Below, piece after piece: positions 21,132 to 31,084 of a stretch of DNA of 64,000 nt. Within the stretch, counting starts at the first letter, position 1. Each line of letters opens with the position of its first letter. The stretch is from contig NZ_JAQNDL010000003.1 of NCBI RefSeq assembly GCF_028368995.1, forward strand, positions 1,792,001-1,856,000, read 5' to 3'. The stretch is from Nannocystis bainbridge. Its GTDB lineage: Bacteria; Myxococcota_A; Polyangia; Nannocystales; Nannocystaceae. The position numbers were made by a program, and so were the translations under genes. The notes below the pieces were generated by a model. The model was not told where the DNA came from and searched no databases. It worked only from the letters and a program-made list of their open reading frames with translations.

Positions 21132-23465
21132 ATGACTACCCAGGTCCGCTTCGGGGCACGCTTCTCCGTCGATACTCACCTCTTCCGCGAACTGGGAGAG
21201 CTACTTGTCGGCCGTGAATCGACCGCTCTCATCGAATTGGTGAAAAATGCCTACGATGCTGATGCGACCGAAGTAACCGTCTATGGCGAAAACATCGGTG
21301 ATATCAACCGGGGGACCATCCGCATCACCGACAACGGTGTCGGCATGACCCCAGAGACGTTTCAACGCGGGTTCCTTCGCGTCGCCGCCCGGATCAAAAA
21401 CGAGGGCGACAGAAAATCCCCGCGTTGGGGCCGCAGATTCACCGGTGCGAAAGGCGTTGGTCGCCTCGCGGCCCACAAGCTCGCGCGCAAGATCGAGATT
21501 CAATCGACGCCTTGGACAGAGGCCGAATCGACCGTTGGCGTCGATGGATTAATCGATTGGGACAAGGTCGAACAAGCCGAGACACTCGACCAGATCCCTG
21601 AGGGCGCGGTCTCTCTGACCGAGAAGCGCGTCAAGAAAGGCAGCGCCCACGGCACGATCCTCACCCTGACGCGGCTGCGCCGGAAGTGGACGCCTGCCCA
21701 GCGCGCCCGCTTCCTCCTCGAGGTTGAAGCGCTGCGCGCTCCTCCCTTGATAACCGGCTCGATACCTCGCAACATTGTACCGAAAGGCGGCCTCTTCGAT
21801 CGACCGTTCTTCGTCGACGCCAAGAAGACAGACCCCGGATTCACGCTGACCCTTGAGGGCGACTTCGAGACAGGCGAGGGCTACTGGCCTGCAGTGCTTG
21901 CCGCGGCGGGGTGGCTGCTCGAAATCGACGCCTCCCCCGAGCGGGTCCGCTACGCCGTTGCGCCCACGAAGAAGACCTTGACGGAGTTTCCGGCCGCTCG
22001 TCCTATCGAAGTCTCCGAGCCTCATCCGGCGTCCGAGCGAGGTCCCTTCTTCCAAGCCCGCATTTTCATCCGCGAGGGCGCTAACACGCGAGACCGCAAT
22101 GAGCGCTCCTGGGCATCGCGCGTCGCTGGCGTGCGAGTCTACATGGAAGGCTTTCGGGTCCTGCCCTACGGAGAAGAAGCCGATGACTGGCTCGCCCTAA
22201 CGCGAGATACGACCAGCCGCGACAGGAAGCTCCGTTTCCTCTCCGATTCCATCGCCTCCGACAAGCTCTCAGAGATCGACAACGAGGGCCTGCTTATTCT
22301 TCCTAGTAAACATTATATCGGCGGGGTCTTTCTCACCGAAAACCGCGCCGGATCATTGGAAATGCTGATCAACCGCGAGGGCTTTGTCCCCGACGCAGCG
22401 TTCGAGACACTGGTCAAGTTGGTCCGGCAAGGCATTGATCTCTCGACGCGCGTACGCGCAGCCGCCCGCGTCGCTCAGCGCGCGGTCCCTCACGAGGACG
22501 GTCCTGCCCCCGAGAGGCGAGAAGGAGCCTCCCCCGACCCGTCACCGCAGCTACGAAACACCTTACCGCGCGAAGAACCCCTGCGGCGCAAGGCGGAGGG
22601 CTCGCTGCGCCGCCTATCGGAGCTGAGTTCGGAGCTAGAGAAGCTCGCCAAGAGCGCCCCCGAACCGCTCCGGGTCAAGCTCCTCAGCGCCGCGACCGAT
22701 CTCAGCCAGGCGACTGCCCTCTCGCGCGAAGTGATACCTGCGGGCTCCCTGGTATTGGTGCTCGCGTCGGTTGGGACGCAACTCGCAGCGTTCACCCACG
22801 AGGTCAACCACCTCCTCGCGCTCGCATCGGATCTCGAGGCGGTGATAGCTCGGTTACAGGCGCTCGAGCTTCCACCGCGGGTTAGAAGTCAAACCTCGAA
22901 GATCGGCGGTGCCGCGACCGAGCTCCGCCGTGCCATTGAGCGGCAGGCGGCCTACCTCGTCGACATCGTCACGCCCGACGCGAGGAGACGGCGCTCCCGT
23001 CTCAAGATCTCCGAGGTTCTGAACGCGACATGGAAACTCGTCGCTACCGCGGCCGAGCAACGAGGAATCTCGCTTCGCAATGCGATCAAGGACGACGTCC
23101 GGACGCCTCCGATGTTCCGCGCAGAATTGATGGCGGTTTTTACCAACCTCTTGACGAACGCTGTCAAGGCCGCGGGTAAGGATGGAGTCATCGCTGCAAG
23201 CTCAACGACGACGAGCGATGGAGTCCTGCGGATCCGGCTGGAGAATACCGGCGCGGCCGTCGATCCAAACGAGGGCGAACGATGGTTCCGTCCGTTCGAA
23301 TCGACGACCGTCGACATCGACCCGGTACTCGGGCAAGGAATGGGCCTCGGCCTCGGGATCACCCGCGATCTGCTCGCCGAGGTCGGCGGCCAGATCTCCT
23401 TCGTACAGCCCCATCGCGGTTTCTCGACTGCGCTCGAGATCGCGTTCCCAGGAGCAGACTCATGA
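21132..23465 (+). CDS. GHKL (MORC/Hsp90-like) ATPase fused to a histidine kinase module
   Basis: ELVKNAYDA, DNGVGM, GAKGVGR and HGT GHKL boxes; GFRVLPYG; H-box FTHEV; NLLTNAVKA; GMGLGL. Confidence 0.88.
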   Translation: MTTQVRFGARFSVDTHLFRELGELLVGRESTALIELVKNAYDADATEVTVYGENIGDINRGTIRITDNGVGMTPETFQRGFLRVAARIKNEGDRKSPRWGRRFTGAKGVGRLAAHKLARKIEIQSTPWTEAESTVGVDGLIDWDKVEQAETLDQIPEGAVSLTEKRVKKGSAHGTILTLTRLRRKWTPAQRARFLLEVEALRAPPLITGSIPRNIVPKGGLFDRPFFVDAKKTDPGFTLTLEGDFETGEGYWPAVLAAAGWLLEIDASPERVRYAVAPTKKTLTEFPAARPIEVSEPHPASERGPFFQARIFIREGANTRDRNERSWASRVAGVRVYMEGFRVLPYGEEADDWLALTRDTTSRDRKLRFLSDSIASDKLSEIDNEGLLILPSKHYIGGVFLTENRAGSLEMLINREGFVPDAAFETLVKLVRQGIDLSTRVRAAARVAQRAVPHEDGPAPERREGASPDPSPQLRNTLPREEPLRRKAEGSLRRLSELSSELEKLAKSAPEPLRVKLLSAATDLSQATALSREVIPAGSLVLVLASVGTQLAAFTHEVNHLLALASDLEAVIARLQALELPPRVRSQTSKIGGAATELRRAIERQAAYLVDIVTPDARRRRSRLKISEVLNATWKLVATAAEQRGISLRNAIKDDVRTPPMFRAELMAVFTNLLTNAVKAAGKDGVIAASSTTTSDGVLRIRLENTGAAVDPNEGERWFRPFESTTVDIDPVLGQGMGLGLGITRDLLAEVGGQISFVQPHRGFSTALEIAFPGADS

Positions 23466-24577
23466 ACACCACGGCGATCCTTTACGTTGACGACGATCCA
23501 GACGCGTTCGGCGGCTGGCGTAACGAAGTCATGGCTGACGGACGGGCGTCCCTCACGATTGCTCACCCCGACGATGTCACCCGAGACCATTTGGAGCGGG
23601 CCTCAGTAGTGCTGGTGGACTTCAAGCTCGAACATTGGCCGAACCGCGATAATCTGGAGCAGCTCAGCTTGAAACCCGTTAACGGCCTCTCGCTACTCAC
23701 GATTCTGCAAGAGCACCTACACGAATCTAAGGTCACCTCACCATGCGCATTTGCACTCCATACAGGAGCCTTTCACATCGTCGCGCGGAGCCTACCACCC
23801 CAGCCGCATATCGTGGCACGTGCCCACAATCTTGAATGGATCTTTGACAAGAGCACGCCTGGACCGAGACGTGCCGCCCAGGTCGTTCAGTTGGCCGCTG
23901 CAGTGCAGGCCCTGCCAGTCATCTGGCCCCAGGACAGCGCTCCCGCCGCGAGCGACGCCCTACGACAGTGGCTAGGTTTGAATGAATCGGCCCCATGGTC
24001 TCACTCCGCTTGGGGCGACGTGGTGCGCTGCCGCCCCCCGATCCACGAGTTCGCGGAACATACGAACGGCGTCGGCGTGCTGCGCTGGATGCTTCACCGC
24101 ATCCTGCCCTATCCATGCTTCTTGATCGACGACATCCACCTCGCCGCCAGGCTGCGGATCACGGTCGAATCGCTACGGACCGAGCTCGACCCAGGTGGAA
24201 GTCTGTACGACTTCCTTCGCACCGCGGAGTACCAAGGACAACTGAAGACATTCCTGGGGCGCCGCTGGTGGCGTAGCGGGATCGAATTGCTGCTGTTCCA
24301 GCTGACAAAAGAGAGTCCCGGCGATCTGTCATTCTTGCGGATAAAGCTGGCGGCCCGCTACCCGAACCTCGTCCCCACCGAGGCGCTCCACGTGTATCCC
24401 GTACTCGACGACCAATTTCGTTCCCGGGAAATCCTCGCCGCTGCAGACGAGGTGGTCGAGATCGTCCCCGACGACTGGCCTCCCTTCGCCGACTCTGCAT
24501 GGGCTTTGGCCTCCGATCTCGAGGACTACCCTCAGTTGAAGGCCATCGGGGTCTCGGGTGGAGACGTGGAGGAATAA
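23462..24577 (+). CDS. Receiver-domain protein with an uncharacterised helical C-terminal domain
   Basis: ATGA overlap with the upstream gene; ILYVDDD, VLVDFKL (phospho-Asp), NGLSL, HTG and DK receiver motifs. Confidence 0.8.
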   Translation: MNTTAILYVDDDPDAFGGWRNEVMADGRASLTIAHPDDVTRDHLERASVVLVDFKLEHWPNRDNLEQLSLKPVNGLSLLTILQEHLHESKVTSPCAFALHTGAFHIVARSLPPQPHIVARAHNLEWIFDKSTPGPRRAAQVVQLAAAVQALPVIWPQDSAPAASDALRQWLGLNESAPWSHSAWGDVVRCRPPIHEFAEHTNGVGVLRWMLHRILPYPCFLIDDIHLAARLRITVESLRTELDPGGSLYDFLRTAEYQGQLKTFLGRRWWRSGIELLLFQLTKESPGDLSFLRIKLAARYPNLVPTEALHVYPVLDDQFRSREILAAADEVVEIVPDDWPPFADSAWALASDLEDYPQLKAIGVSGGDVEE

Positions 24578-24580
24578 GTC

Positions 24581-25336
24581 GTGGAACCTCGGGGCCTCGT
24601 TTTTTCTTTCAAAGACCTCATCGATGAATGCATGGTGCTGAAGGCGTTTGCAAAACCATTCCTCGACAAGACGACGCTCGAAACGCTCGATCTCGCCCGA
24701 TACAACCTTGAGAGTATCCAGGCCAGCGGTGTTTGGAACCAATCCTCAAAATGGCAGATCCCGGCGAATCGTCCGCTTTGCACTGTGCCCAGTGAAGGCG
24801 AATCCCAACCCGACAAGAAGAGTAAATTTCTTCTACGCGGAAAATTCAGCTTCGTCTGGGAGATCCGCGCCGAAAAGCCGAAAAAAGGCCCGCGGTCGCA
24901 CACCTTCTCGCTAGAAGGGCTCGCGTCGACGGTGATCGACATCATGGAACAAACCTCGGACGGCGAGCGCTGCATCGCGCACTGGACCGTCGACGTCGGC
25001 GATCACAGTTCGCCGGGCACGCATTTTCATTTCCAGATGAACGGTTTCGAGAAGCCACCTTTTCCAAAAGCCCTCGATATTCCCAGACTCCCCGCGCCTC
25101 TGATGAGCCCGTTCCTGGCAATCGACCTCGCCCTGGGTGAACTCTTCCAGGACCGTTGGGCTCTCCATGCGACGAGTGAGAGTCCAGACATCAGGCGCTG
25201 GCGAAATCTGCATGGGGAGCGACTGCTCAGGTTCTTCAAGTGGCAATCCGGCTGCGTCGAGCGAGCGGCCGGGAGCCCCTGGATAGCGCTCAAGAAGGCC
25301 AAGCCTCCCCGCGACTTGCTCGTCTGTAAACTATAG
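24581..25336 (+). CDS. Hypothetical protein with an HxHxQ..PRLP..MSP motif (DUF2290-like, putative effector)
   Basis: GGAGGA RBS and a GTG start 3 bp after the previous stop; PGTHFHFQ...IPRLPAPLMSPFLAIDLALGELF. Confidence 0.7.
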   Translation: MEPRGLVFSFKDLIDECMVLKAFAKPFLDKTTLETLDLARYNLESIQASGVWNQSSKWQIPANRPLCTVPSEGESQPDKKSKFLLRGKFSFVWEIRAEKPKKGPRSHTFSLEGLASTVIDIMEQTSDGERCIAHWTVDVGDHSSPGTHFHFQMNGFEKPPFPKALDIPRLPAPLMSPFLAIDLALGELFQDRWALHATSESPDIRRWRNLHGERLLRFFKWQSGCVERAAGSPWIALKKAKPPRDLLVCKL

Positions 25337-25367
25337 TTCTGACGGCCTCGTCGTAAGCGTCAAGCCT

Positions 25368-26660
25368 TCACCCCGCCGCGCACAGCGCCAGCCCTGACGC
25401 GATCGACATCAGCTCATCCCCGCTGCGCAGCTTCGCCGCCCCGAAGCGGGCCTCGAACAGCGCGCGCACCACTGGCACGAACGCCGTGCCGCCGGTCATG
25501 AACACGCAGTCGACATCCCCCGCCGTCACCCCCGCGCTCGCCAGCGTCTCGTCGAGGCAGCTGGCGATCGAAGTCGTCACCGGCTCGATCCAGCGCTCGA
25601 AGTCGCGGCGGGTCACCGCCGCGTGGATCTCGATCTCCCCGTCGCTGAAGTCGAACTTCGCCTGCGACTTGTGCGACAGCTCGACCTTGGTCCGCTCGAC
25701 CGCCTTGTGCAGGTGGAACGCCCCGTTCGTCTCGATGATGTGCATCAACTTCTCGATGCGGTCCGGGTGACGCGCCCCGCGGCGCAGCCGCTCGAGCTCG
25801 GCCCGCACTCGCGCCCCGGCCAGGAACGGCAAATGATGCCAGCGCGCCAGCTTGTAATAATAGGCCCCGGGGATCGGTCGCTCCACCCCCATCTCGACGT
25901 ACGTGCTGCCCTTGCCGAGCGCCGGGCACACCAGGTGCTCGATGAGCGCCGCGTCGAGGTCGTCGCCGGCCGCACCCACGCCGCCGGTGCCGACGATCTC
26001 GCGCGCGCGCGCGTCCCCCTGCCCGGTCGGACCCATGCGCATCAGGCAGAAGTCCGTCGTGCCCGCGCCGAAGTCGGCCACCAGCGCCAGCTCGGGCCGC
26101 TTCAGCGTGCGCTCGTAGTGATGCGCCGCCGCGACCGGCTCGAGCTCGAGCTGCGCGTCGTGGAAGCCTGCCACCCGCGCCGCTGCCAGCAGGCGCTCGG
26201 CCGCCAGCGCGTCGTCGGCCGGCGTCGTCCCGCCCGCGAAGCGCACCGGCCTGCCGATCGTCGCCGCCTCGATCGCCACGCCCAGGTGCTGCTCCGCGCG
26301 CTCGCGCAGCCGCTGCAGGTACAGCGCGATCATGTCGTCGAGCCCGATCGTGTGCTGGGCCACCTGCGTGCGCCCCAGCGACTCGGTCGTCAGGTGGGTC
26401 TTGAACGACTGCATCAGCCGGCCCTCGCCCATCCGCTCGAGGTACGCCGCGATCGCCTCGCCCCCCGCCGAGTACTGGATCGCCTGCCCGCGCGGCTGCT
26501 CCTCCGGGTCGAAGAACAGCAGCGTGCGCCAGCTCGGCCCCGGCGTGCCGAGCGTCGGCAGCTGGGCGAAGCGTACCTGCCCGGCCGCGTCGACCAGCGC
26601 GAGCGCCGAACTCGAGGTGCCGAAATCGATCCCGACTCTGGGGCGCTTGCCTGGCGTCAT
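25368..26660 (-). CDS. Hsp70 family protein (YegD-like)
   Basis: GIDFGTSSS, IGRPVRF, LEPVAAA, ADFGAGTTDF and FMTGGT motifs; no substrate-binding domain. Confidence 0.9.
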   Translation of the reverse strand: MTPGKRPRVGIDFGTSSSALALVDAAGQVRFAQLPTLGTPGPSWRTLLFFDPEEQPRGQAIQYSAGGEAIAAYLERMGEGRLMQSFKTHLTTESLGRTQVAQHTIGLDDMIALYLQRLRERAEQHLGVAIEAATIGRPVRFAGGTTPADDALAAERLLAAARVAGFHDAQLELEPVAAAHHYERTLKRPELALVADFGAGTTDFCLMRMGPTGQGDARAREIVGTGGVGAAGDDLDAALIEHLVCPALGKGSTYVEMGVERPIPGAYYYKLARWHHLPFLAGARVRAELERLRRGARHPDRIEKLMHIIETNGAFHLHKAVERTKVELSHKSQAKFDFSDGEIEIHAAVTRRDFERWIEPVTTSIASCLDETLASAGVTAGDVDCVFMTGGTAFVPVVRALFEARFGAAKLRSGDELMSIASGLALCAAG

Positions 26661-26840
26661 GAGGCGCGCGTTGTACCCGAAAACATGCCCCTGCACCCCG
26701 GCGGTTTCGGCGCGAGCGCCAGGCCCGCGGCCTCTGCGACAACCCCGCAGCCCGGCCTGTCGCCGTCACCGATCTCGCACCGTGCCAGCGCCGAACGGGC
26801 CTCACGGCGCGTCGCATGCGGCTCGACGCCAGGCGCCGGC

Positions 26841-27008
26841 CGCGTCCCCGGCGTGGCGAGGTGGCGCTGGTCGAGCCGTCGCGCATCAGCCCTCAGGCCT
26901 GCGCCTGGCTCGCGCGCGCGTAGCGTCCCCCGCGTGGCGAGGTGAAGCGCATCGAGCCCCGCGCACGGGCCCTCAGGCCTGCGCCTGGCTCGCGCGCGCG
27001 TAGCGTCC
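26841..27008. repeat. 80-bp-period repeat duplicating the 3' end of the AraC gene
   Basis: An exact 40-bp copy at 26889-26928 and 26969-27008; the spacer also has a degenerate copy at 26841-26888. Confidence 0.85.
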
Positions 27009-27881
27009 GGGGGGCTGGCCCACGTGGCGGCTGAAGGCCGTGCTGAACGTGCTCGCCGAGCCGTAGCCGACACGCTCCGCGACCTCGGCCAGGCCCAGCT
27101 TGTGCCGGCGCAGCAGGTCCTGCGCCACCGCCATGCGCCAGGCTTGCAGGTACTCCATCGGCGGCAGGCCCACGGCGCGGGTGAACCGCTCGAAGAACGC
27201 CGAGCGCGACAGCGCCGCTGTCTTCGCCAGCTGGGCCACCGTCCAGTTGCGCGCGAACTGCCCGTGCATCTGCCGGATGGCCGGCGCCAGGCGGGCGTCG
27301 GCCAGCCCGCGCAGGAGCCCCGGCGGCGTGTCGTCGCCCGGCGTCGCGCGCAGGGCCTCGATCAGCAGCAGCTCCACCAGCCGCGCCAGCACCAGCTCGC
27401 GGCCCGACTTGCGGGCGCCCGCCTCCTCGCCGACCAGCCGCACCAGCAGCGACAGCCGCTCCACCCCGCGCACGTGCATCACCGCCGGCAGCAGCGACAC
27501 CAGCAGCTTCGCGTCCGGCGCGTCGAACACGAAATAACCACCGAGCAGGCGCACATCGGGCCGTCCGCCGCGCGTGCCGTGGCGGACCTCGGCCGTGGGC
27601 GCGAGCGCCAGCTTGGGGTCGATGCGCTCCGGCTTCACCGGCTCGAAGCCCGACATCGTAAAGCCCGGCGTCGCCGGCAGCAGCAGGAAATCGCCCGCCT
27701 CCAGCGTCAGCGGCCGGTGGCCGTCGACCGCCAGGCGACAGCGACCCTCGAGCACCGTGCAGAAGCTCGGCTGGCCGAAGGCGGAGTAGCGCACGCCCCA
27801 GCGACCGGCGCCGCTGATGGGCTTCGAGAACACGGCGCGCGGCTGCAGCAGCGCGATGATTTCCGAGAGTGGGTCGTGCAT
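26973..27881 (-). CDS. AraC family transcriptional regulator (cupin sensor domain)
   Basis: DPLSEII N-terminus; WTVAQLAKTAALSRSAF and VGYGSASTFSTAF HTH motifs; divergent from the SDR gene. Confidence 0.92.
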   Translation of the reverse strand: MHDPLSEIIALLQPRAVFSKPISGAGRWGVRYSAFGQPSFCTVLEGRCRLAVDGHRPLTLEAGDFLLLPATPGFTMSGFEPVKPERIDPKLALAPTAEVRHGTRGGRPDVRLLGGYFVFDAPDAKLLVSLLPAVMHVRGVERLSLLVRLVGEEAGARKSGRELVLARLVELLLIEALRATPGDDTPPGLLRGLADARLAPAIRQMHGQFARNWTVAQLAKTAALSRSAFFERFTRAVGLPPMEYLQAWRMAVAQDLLRRHKLGLAEVAERVGYGSASTFSTAFSRHVGQPPGRYARASQAQA

Positions 27882-27905
27882 GTCTGGACGATCGCCAATG
27901 AAACG

Positions 27906-27930
27906 CGGACTTCTCATGATAGAGAGTCCG
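27906..27930. promoter_or_regulatory. Imperfect inverted repeat in the AraC/SDR divergent promoter (putative operator)
   Basis: cggacttctc-atgata-gagagtccg, upstream of a TATACC -10-like hexamer. Confidence 0.4.
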
Positions 27931-27954
27931 GCCGGCGGCCGCTATACCAAAAGC

Positions 27955-28707
27955 ATGAAGACCGTGCTCATCACTGGTTGCTCCTCCGGCTACGGCCTCG
28001 AGACCGCGCGTCACTTCCACGCTCAGGGCTGGAACGTCATCGCCACCATGCGGACCCCGCGCGAGGACCTGCTGCCCCGCTCGGAGCGGATCCGCGTGCT
28101 CGCGCTCGACGTCACCAAAGAAGGCAGCATCGCCGCCGCGCTCGCCGCGTGCGGGCCTCTCGACGTGCTCGTCAACAACGCCGGCATCGGGGCCCTCGGC
28201 GCCTTCGAGGGCACGCCGATGGCCCTGGCCCGCGAGGTGTTCGAGACCAACACCTTCGGCGTGATGGCGATGACCCAGGCCGTGCTGCCGCAGCTGCGCG
28301 AGCGACGGTCGGGCGTGATCGTCAACGTCACCTCGAGCGTGACCCTCACGCCGATGCCGCTCGTGGCCGTGTACACCGCCAGCAAGATGGCCATCGAGGG
28401 CTTCACGGCCTCGCTGGCGCACGAGCTCGCGCCGTTCGACGTGCGCGTCAAGCTGGTCGAGCCGGGCTACGCCCCGACCACGCGCTTCGCCAGCAACGGG
28501 ACGCCCCCGGACCGGCTGATCCCCGAGGCCTACGCGCCGTTCGCCCAGCGCGTGTTCGCGGCCTTCATGCAGCCGGCCGCTGTGACCACCGAGGCCGACG
28601 TGGCCGAGGGCGTCTACCGGGCCGCGACCGACACCTCCGGGCAGCTGCGCTTCCCCGCCGGCCCCGACGCCGTGGCCCTGGCGCGCGCCGCCGGGCACCC
28701 GGTCTGA
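27955..28707 (+). CDS. SDR family oxidoreductase
   Basis: TGCSSGYG, NNAG and YTASK motifs. Confidence 0.93.
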   Translation: MKTVLITGCSSGYGLETARHFHAQGWNVIATMRTPREDLLPRSERIRVLALDVTKEGSIAAALAACGPLDVLVNNAGIGALGAFEGTPMALAREVFETNTFGVMAMTQAVLPQLRERRSGVIVNVTSSVTLTPMPLVAVYTASKMAIEGFTASLAHELAPFDVRVKLVEPGYAPTTRFASNGTPPDRLIPEAYAPFAQRVFAAFMQPAAVTTEADVAEGVYRAATDTSGQLRFPAGPDAVALARAAGHPV

Positions 28708-28962
28708 GCCGGGCGCCCGCGCGCCTCAGCGGCAGCTCCGCGTGACCATGAAACCGAAGAGCGGCCGCGAACCGAGGTCGACGTCGTCCCCCGGCGACGA
28801 CGCGATCACGACCGCCTCGTCGCCCCACCTCGCATGAACTCCAGTGCTCCACGGGCCGCCTCGCGCAGCGCGGACGCGCTGCCTTGACGGTGCGACATTC
28901 GGGCGCCTACGGTGCGATCGTCGGCGCCCGTCGCGACACTGACAAGGGAGCGAGTTTTCATC

Positions 28963-29325
28963 ATGGACCACAGGACCTTCGTCGATCAGATGTTCGCCCG
29001 CGTCGATGTGCGCGACGCCGAGGGCTTCGCCGCCTGCTTCACCGAGCGCGGCAGCTTTCAGTTCGCCAACCATCCCGTCGTGACCGGGCGCGCCGCCATC
29101 CAGGACTTCATCGCCGGCTTCTTCGCCGGCATCGGCGGCATCCGCCATCAGTTCGAGAATTGCTGGAGCCTCGACGACCGCGCCTTCTGCAACGGCTTCG
29201 TCACCTACGTGCGCAAGGACGGCAGCGAGCTGACCGTCCCGTGGGCGACCGTATCGCGCTTCGAGGACGGCAAGCTGGCCGAGTACCTCGCCTACGTCGA
29301 CGCCTCGAAGCTGTTCGCCCCGTGA
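28963..29325 (+). CDS. SnoaL-like NTF2 family protein
   Basis: GGAG RBS; FAACFTE..F.FAN...GRAAI; YLAYVD. Confidence 0.85.
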   Translation: MDHRTFVDQMFARVDVRDAEGFAACFTERGSFQFANHPVVTGRAAIQDFIAGFFAGIGGIRHQFENCWSLDDRAFCNGFVTYVRKDGSELTVPWATVSRFEDGKLAEYLAYVDASKLFAP

Positions 29326-29341
29326 GCGGCGGACTGTCCGC

Positions 29342-31084
29342 TCACGGTTCGAAGCAATACAGCCGCACCGCGCTCGAACAATCGACGTTCGACTGGTTCG
29401 TCCAGCCGCCGTTCGTGTAGTCCACGCGGCCGGCGCGGCCGTAGCCCGAGGTGCTGGTCCAGTTCTGACACGTCGAAGCGTGGACGTTGCCGGCCTCGGT
29501 GAGGCCGGTCCAGGCGTAGCCCGACCCGAGCAGTTGGCCATACTCGGTGACCTTGATCGCCGCCGTCAGGTTGCCGCCGTAGAGCGCGAACGTCGACGCC
29601 GCGATCTCGACCCCGTCGAGGCGGACGAAGCGCTCGAGCACCAGCGGGAAGCGCCCGGGCGGAGTGCTCGACGCCGTGCCGATCCACGCGTCCCAGGTCC
29701 CGCCGAGGCCGGCCGCGTCGGCGCGCGCCTGGCACTTCGCCTGCGCACCGGCGAGGCCGCCGAGGTTGCCGTTGTAGGTCGTGCTGGTCACGAACACCCG
29801 GTGCGGCCAGCTGCAGTCGGCCTCGCACAGGCCGTTCTGCTCGGTGTCGCCGTCGTCGCAGTCCTCGCCGGGCGCGACCTGCCCGTCGCCGCACACCGCC
29901 CCCGTGCAATCGACATCGCACGGCTGACCCGGCCCGTTGTCGGGCCCGAGGTCACACTGCTCGGCGCCGAATTGGACCAGGCCGTCGCCGCACACCGCCT
30001 CCTTGCAGGCCAGCGTGCAATAGCCGTTGTCGTCGTTGTTGCCCCAGCCGAAATCGCACTCCTCGCCGAGGCTCGGCTGGACGAAGCCGTCGCCGCAGGT
30101 CGGCAACATGCACGCCTGGTTGCAGCCGTCGTCGGCGTCGCCGGAGATCCCGTCGTCGCACTCCTCGCCGACGTCGACGACCTCGTTGCCGCACCACTCG
30201 ACCGTGCAGGTGGCGCTGCAGCCGTCGCCGCCGGTCGCGTCGTAATCGTCGCACTCCTCGTAATACGCCTGATAGCCGTCGCCGCACACGTTCGGCATGC
30301 AGTGCTCGAGGCACGCCTGGAAATCGCCGTTGAACGGCCCGTCGTCGCAGACCTCCCACCCGAAATCGCCCTGGTCGTGCACGAGCCCGTCGCCGCAGGT
30401 CGCTACCTCGCACGCCAGCGTGCAATCGCCGTTGTCGCTGTTGCCCGCCCCGTCGTCGCACGCCTCGCCGGCCTGCACGAACCCGTCGCCGCAGGCGGCC
30501 GCCGTACAGCTCGAAGTGCAAGCGTCGGTGTCGATTGCATTGCCGTCGTCGCACGCCTCGCCGACCTGCACCTGCCCGTCGCCGCACGAGGCCGGCACGC
30601 AGGTGTTGCTGCACGCGTCGGCGTCGACCTCGTTGCCGTCATCGCAGCCCTCCATCGCCCCCACGAAGCCGTCGCCGCACACCTGCAGCGTGCACTCCGG
30701 CGTGCACGCCGCGGCCTCGCCGTTGTCGTCGCCGTCGTCGCACGCCTCGTCCGCCGCGAGGTCGCCGTCGCCGCACACCTGCAGCGTACAGTCGACCTTG
30801 CACGCCGCGCCCGCTGCGTTGTCGGGCCCGTCGTCGCACGCCTCGTCGGGCCCGACGTCGCCGTCGCCGCAGGTGTTGACCGCACAGTTGCTACGACACG
30901 CCGCGTCGGGCCCGTTGGCCTCGCCGTCGTCGCATTGCTCGCCCGGCCCGAGCACCCCGTCGCCGCAGCCGTCCGCGACCCCGTTGACGTTGACCGTGAT
31001 GTCGATCGTCGAATCACAGCCAGCCAGAAGCGCGCCCGCGATCAGCCAAGAAACCCCACAAGCAAGCACATTCGTTTTCATCAT
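29342..31084 (-). CDS. Myxococcus Cys-rich repeat (DUF4215-type) lipoprotein with a C-terminal DUF1554/lectin-like domain
   Basis: Lipobox LAGC; many CGDG...E.CDDG repeats; RVFVTSTTYNGNLGGLAGA..C..LYCFE. Confidence 0.9.
   Translation of the reverse strand: MMKTNVLACGVSWLIAGALLAGCDSTIDITVNVNGVADGCGDGVLGPGEQCDDGEANGPDAACRSNCAVNTCGDGDVGPDEACDDGPDNAAGAACKVDCTLQVCGDGDLAADEACDDGDDNGEAAACTPECTLQVCGDGFVGAMEGCDDGNEVDADACSNTCVPASCGDGQVQVGEACDDGNAIDTDACTSSCTAAACGDGFVQAGEACDDGAGNSDNGDCTLACEVATCGDGLVHDQGDFGWEVCDDGPFNGDFQACLEHCMPNVCGDGYQAYYEECDDYDATGGDGCSATCTVEWCGNEVVDVGEECDDGISGDADDGCNQACMLPTCGDGFVQPSLGEECDFGWGNNDDNGYCTLACKEAVCGDGLVQFGAEQCDLGPDNGPGQPCDVDCTGAVCGDGQVAPGEDCDDGDTEQNGLCEADCSWPHRVFVTSTTYNGNLGGLAGAQAKCQARADAAGLGGTWDAWIGTASSTPPGRFPLVLERFVRLDGVEIAASTFALYGGNLTAAIKVTEYGQLLGSGYAWTGLTEAGNVHASTCQNWTSTSGYGRAGRVDYTNGGWTNQSNVDCSSAVRLYCFEP

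Noticed and set aside
26841-27008. 40-bp repeats with a 40-bp spacer as a mini CRISPR array
   Set aside because: Only two exact copies exist, one is the coding end of the AraC gene, the spacers resemble each other, and no cas genes are present.
29850-30970. Regular gccgtcgccgca repeats
   Set aside because: They are explained by the CGDG Cys-rich protein repeats.
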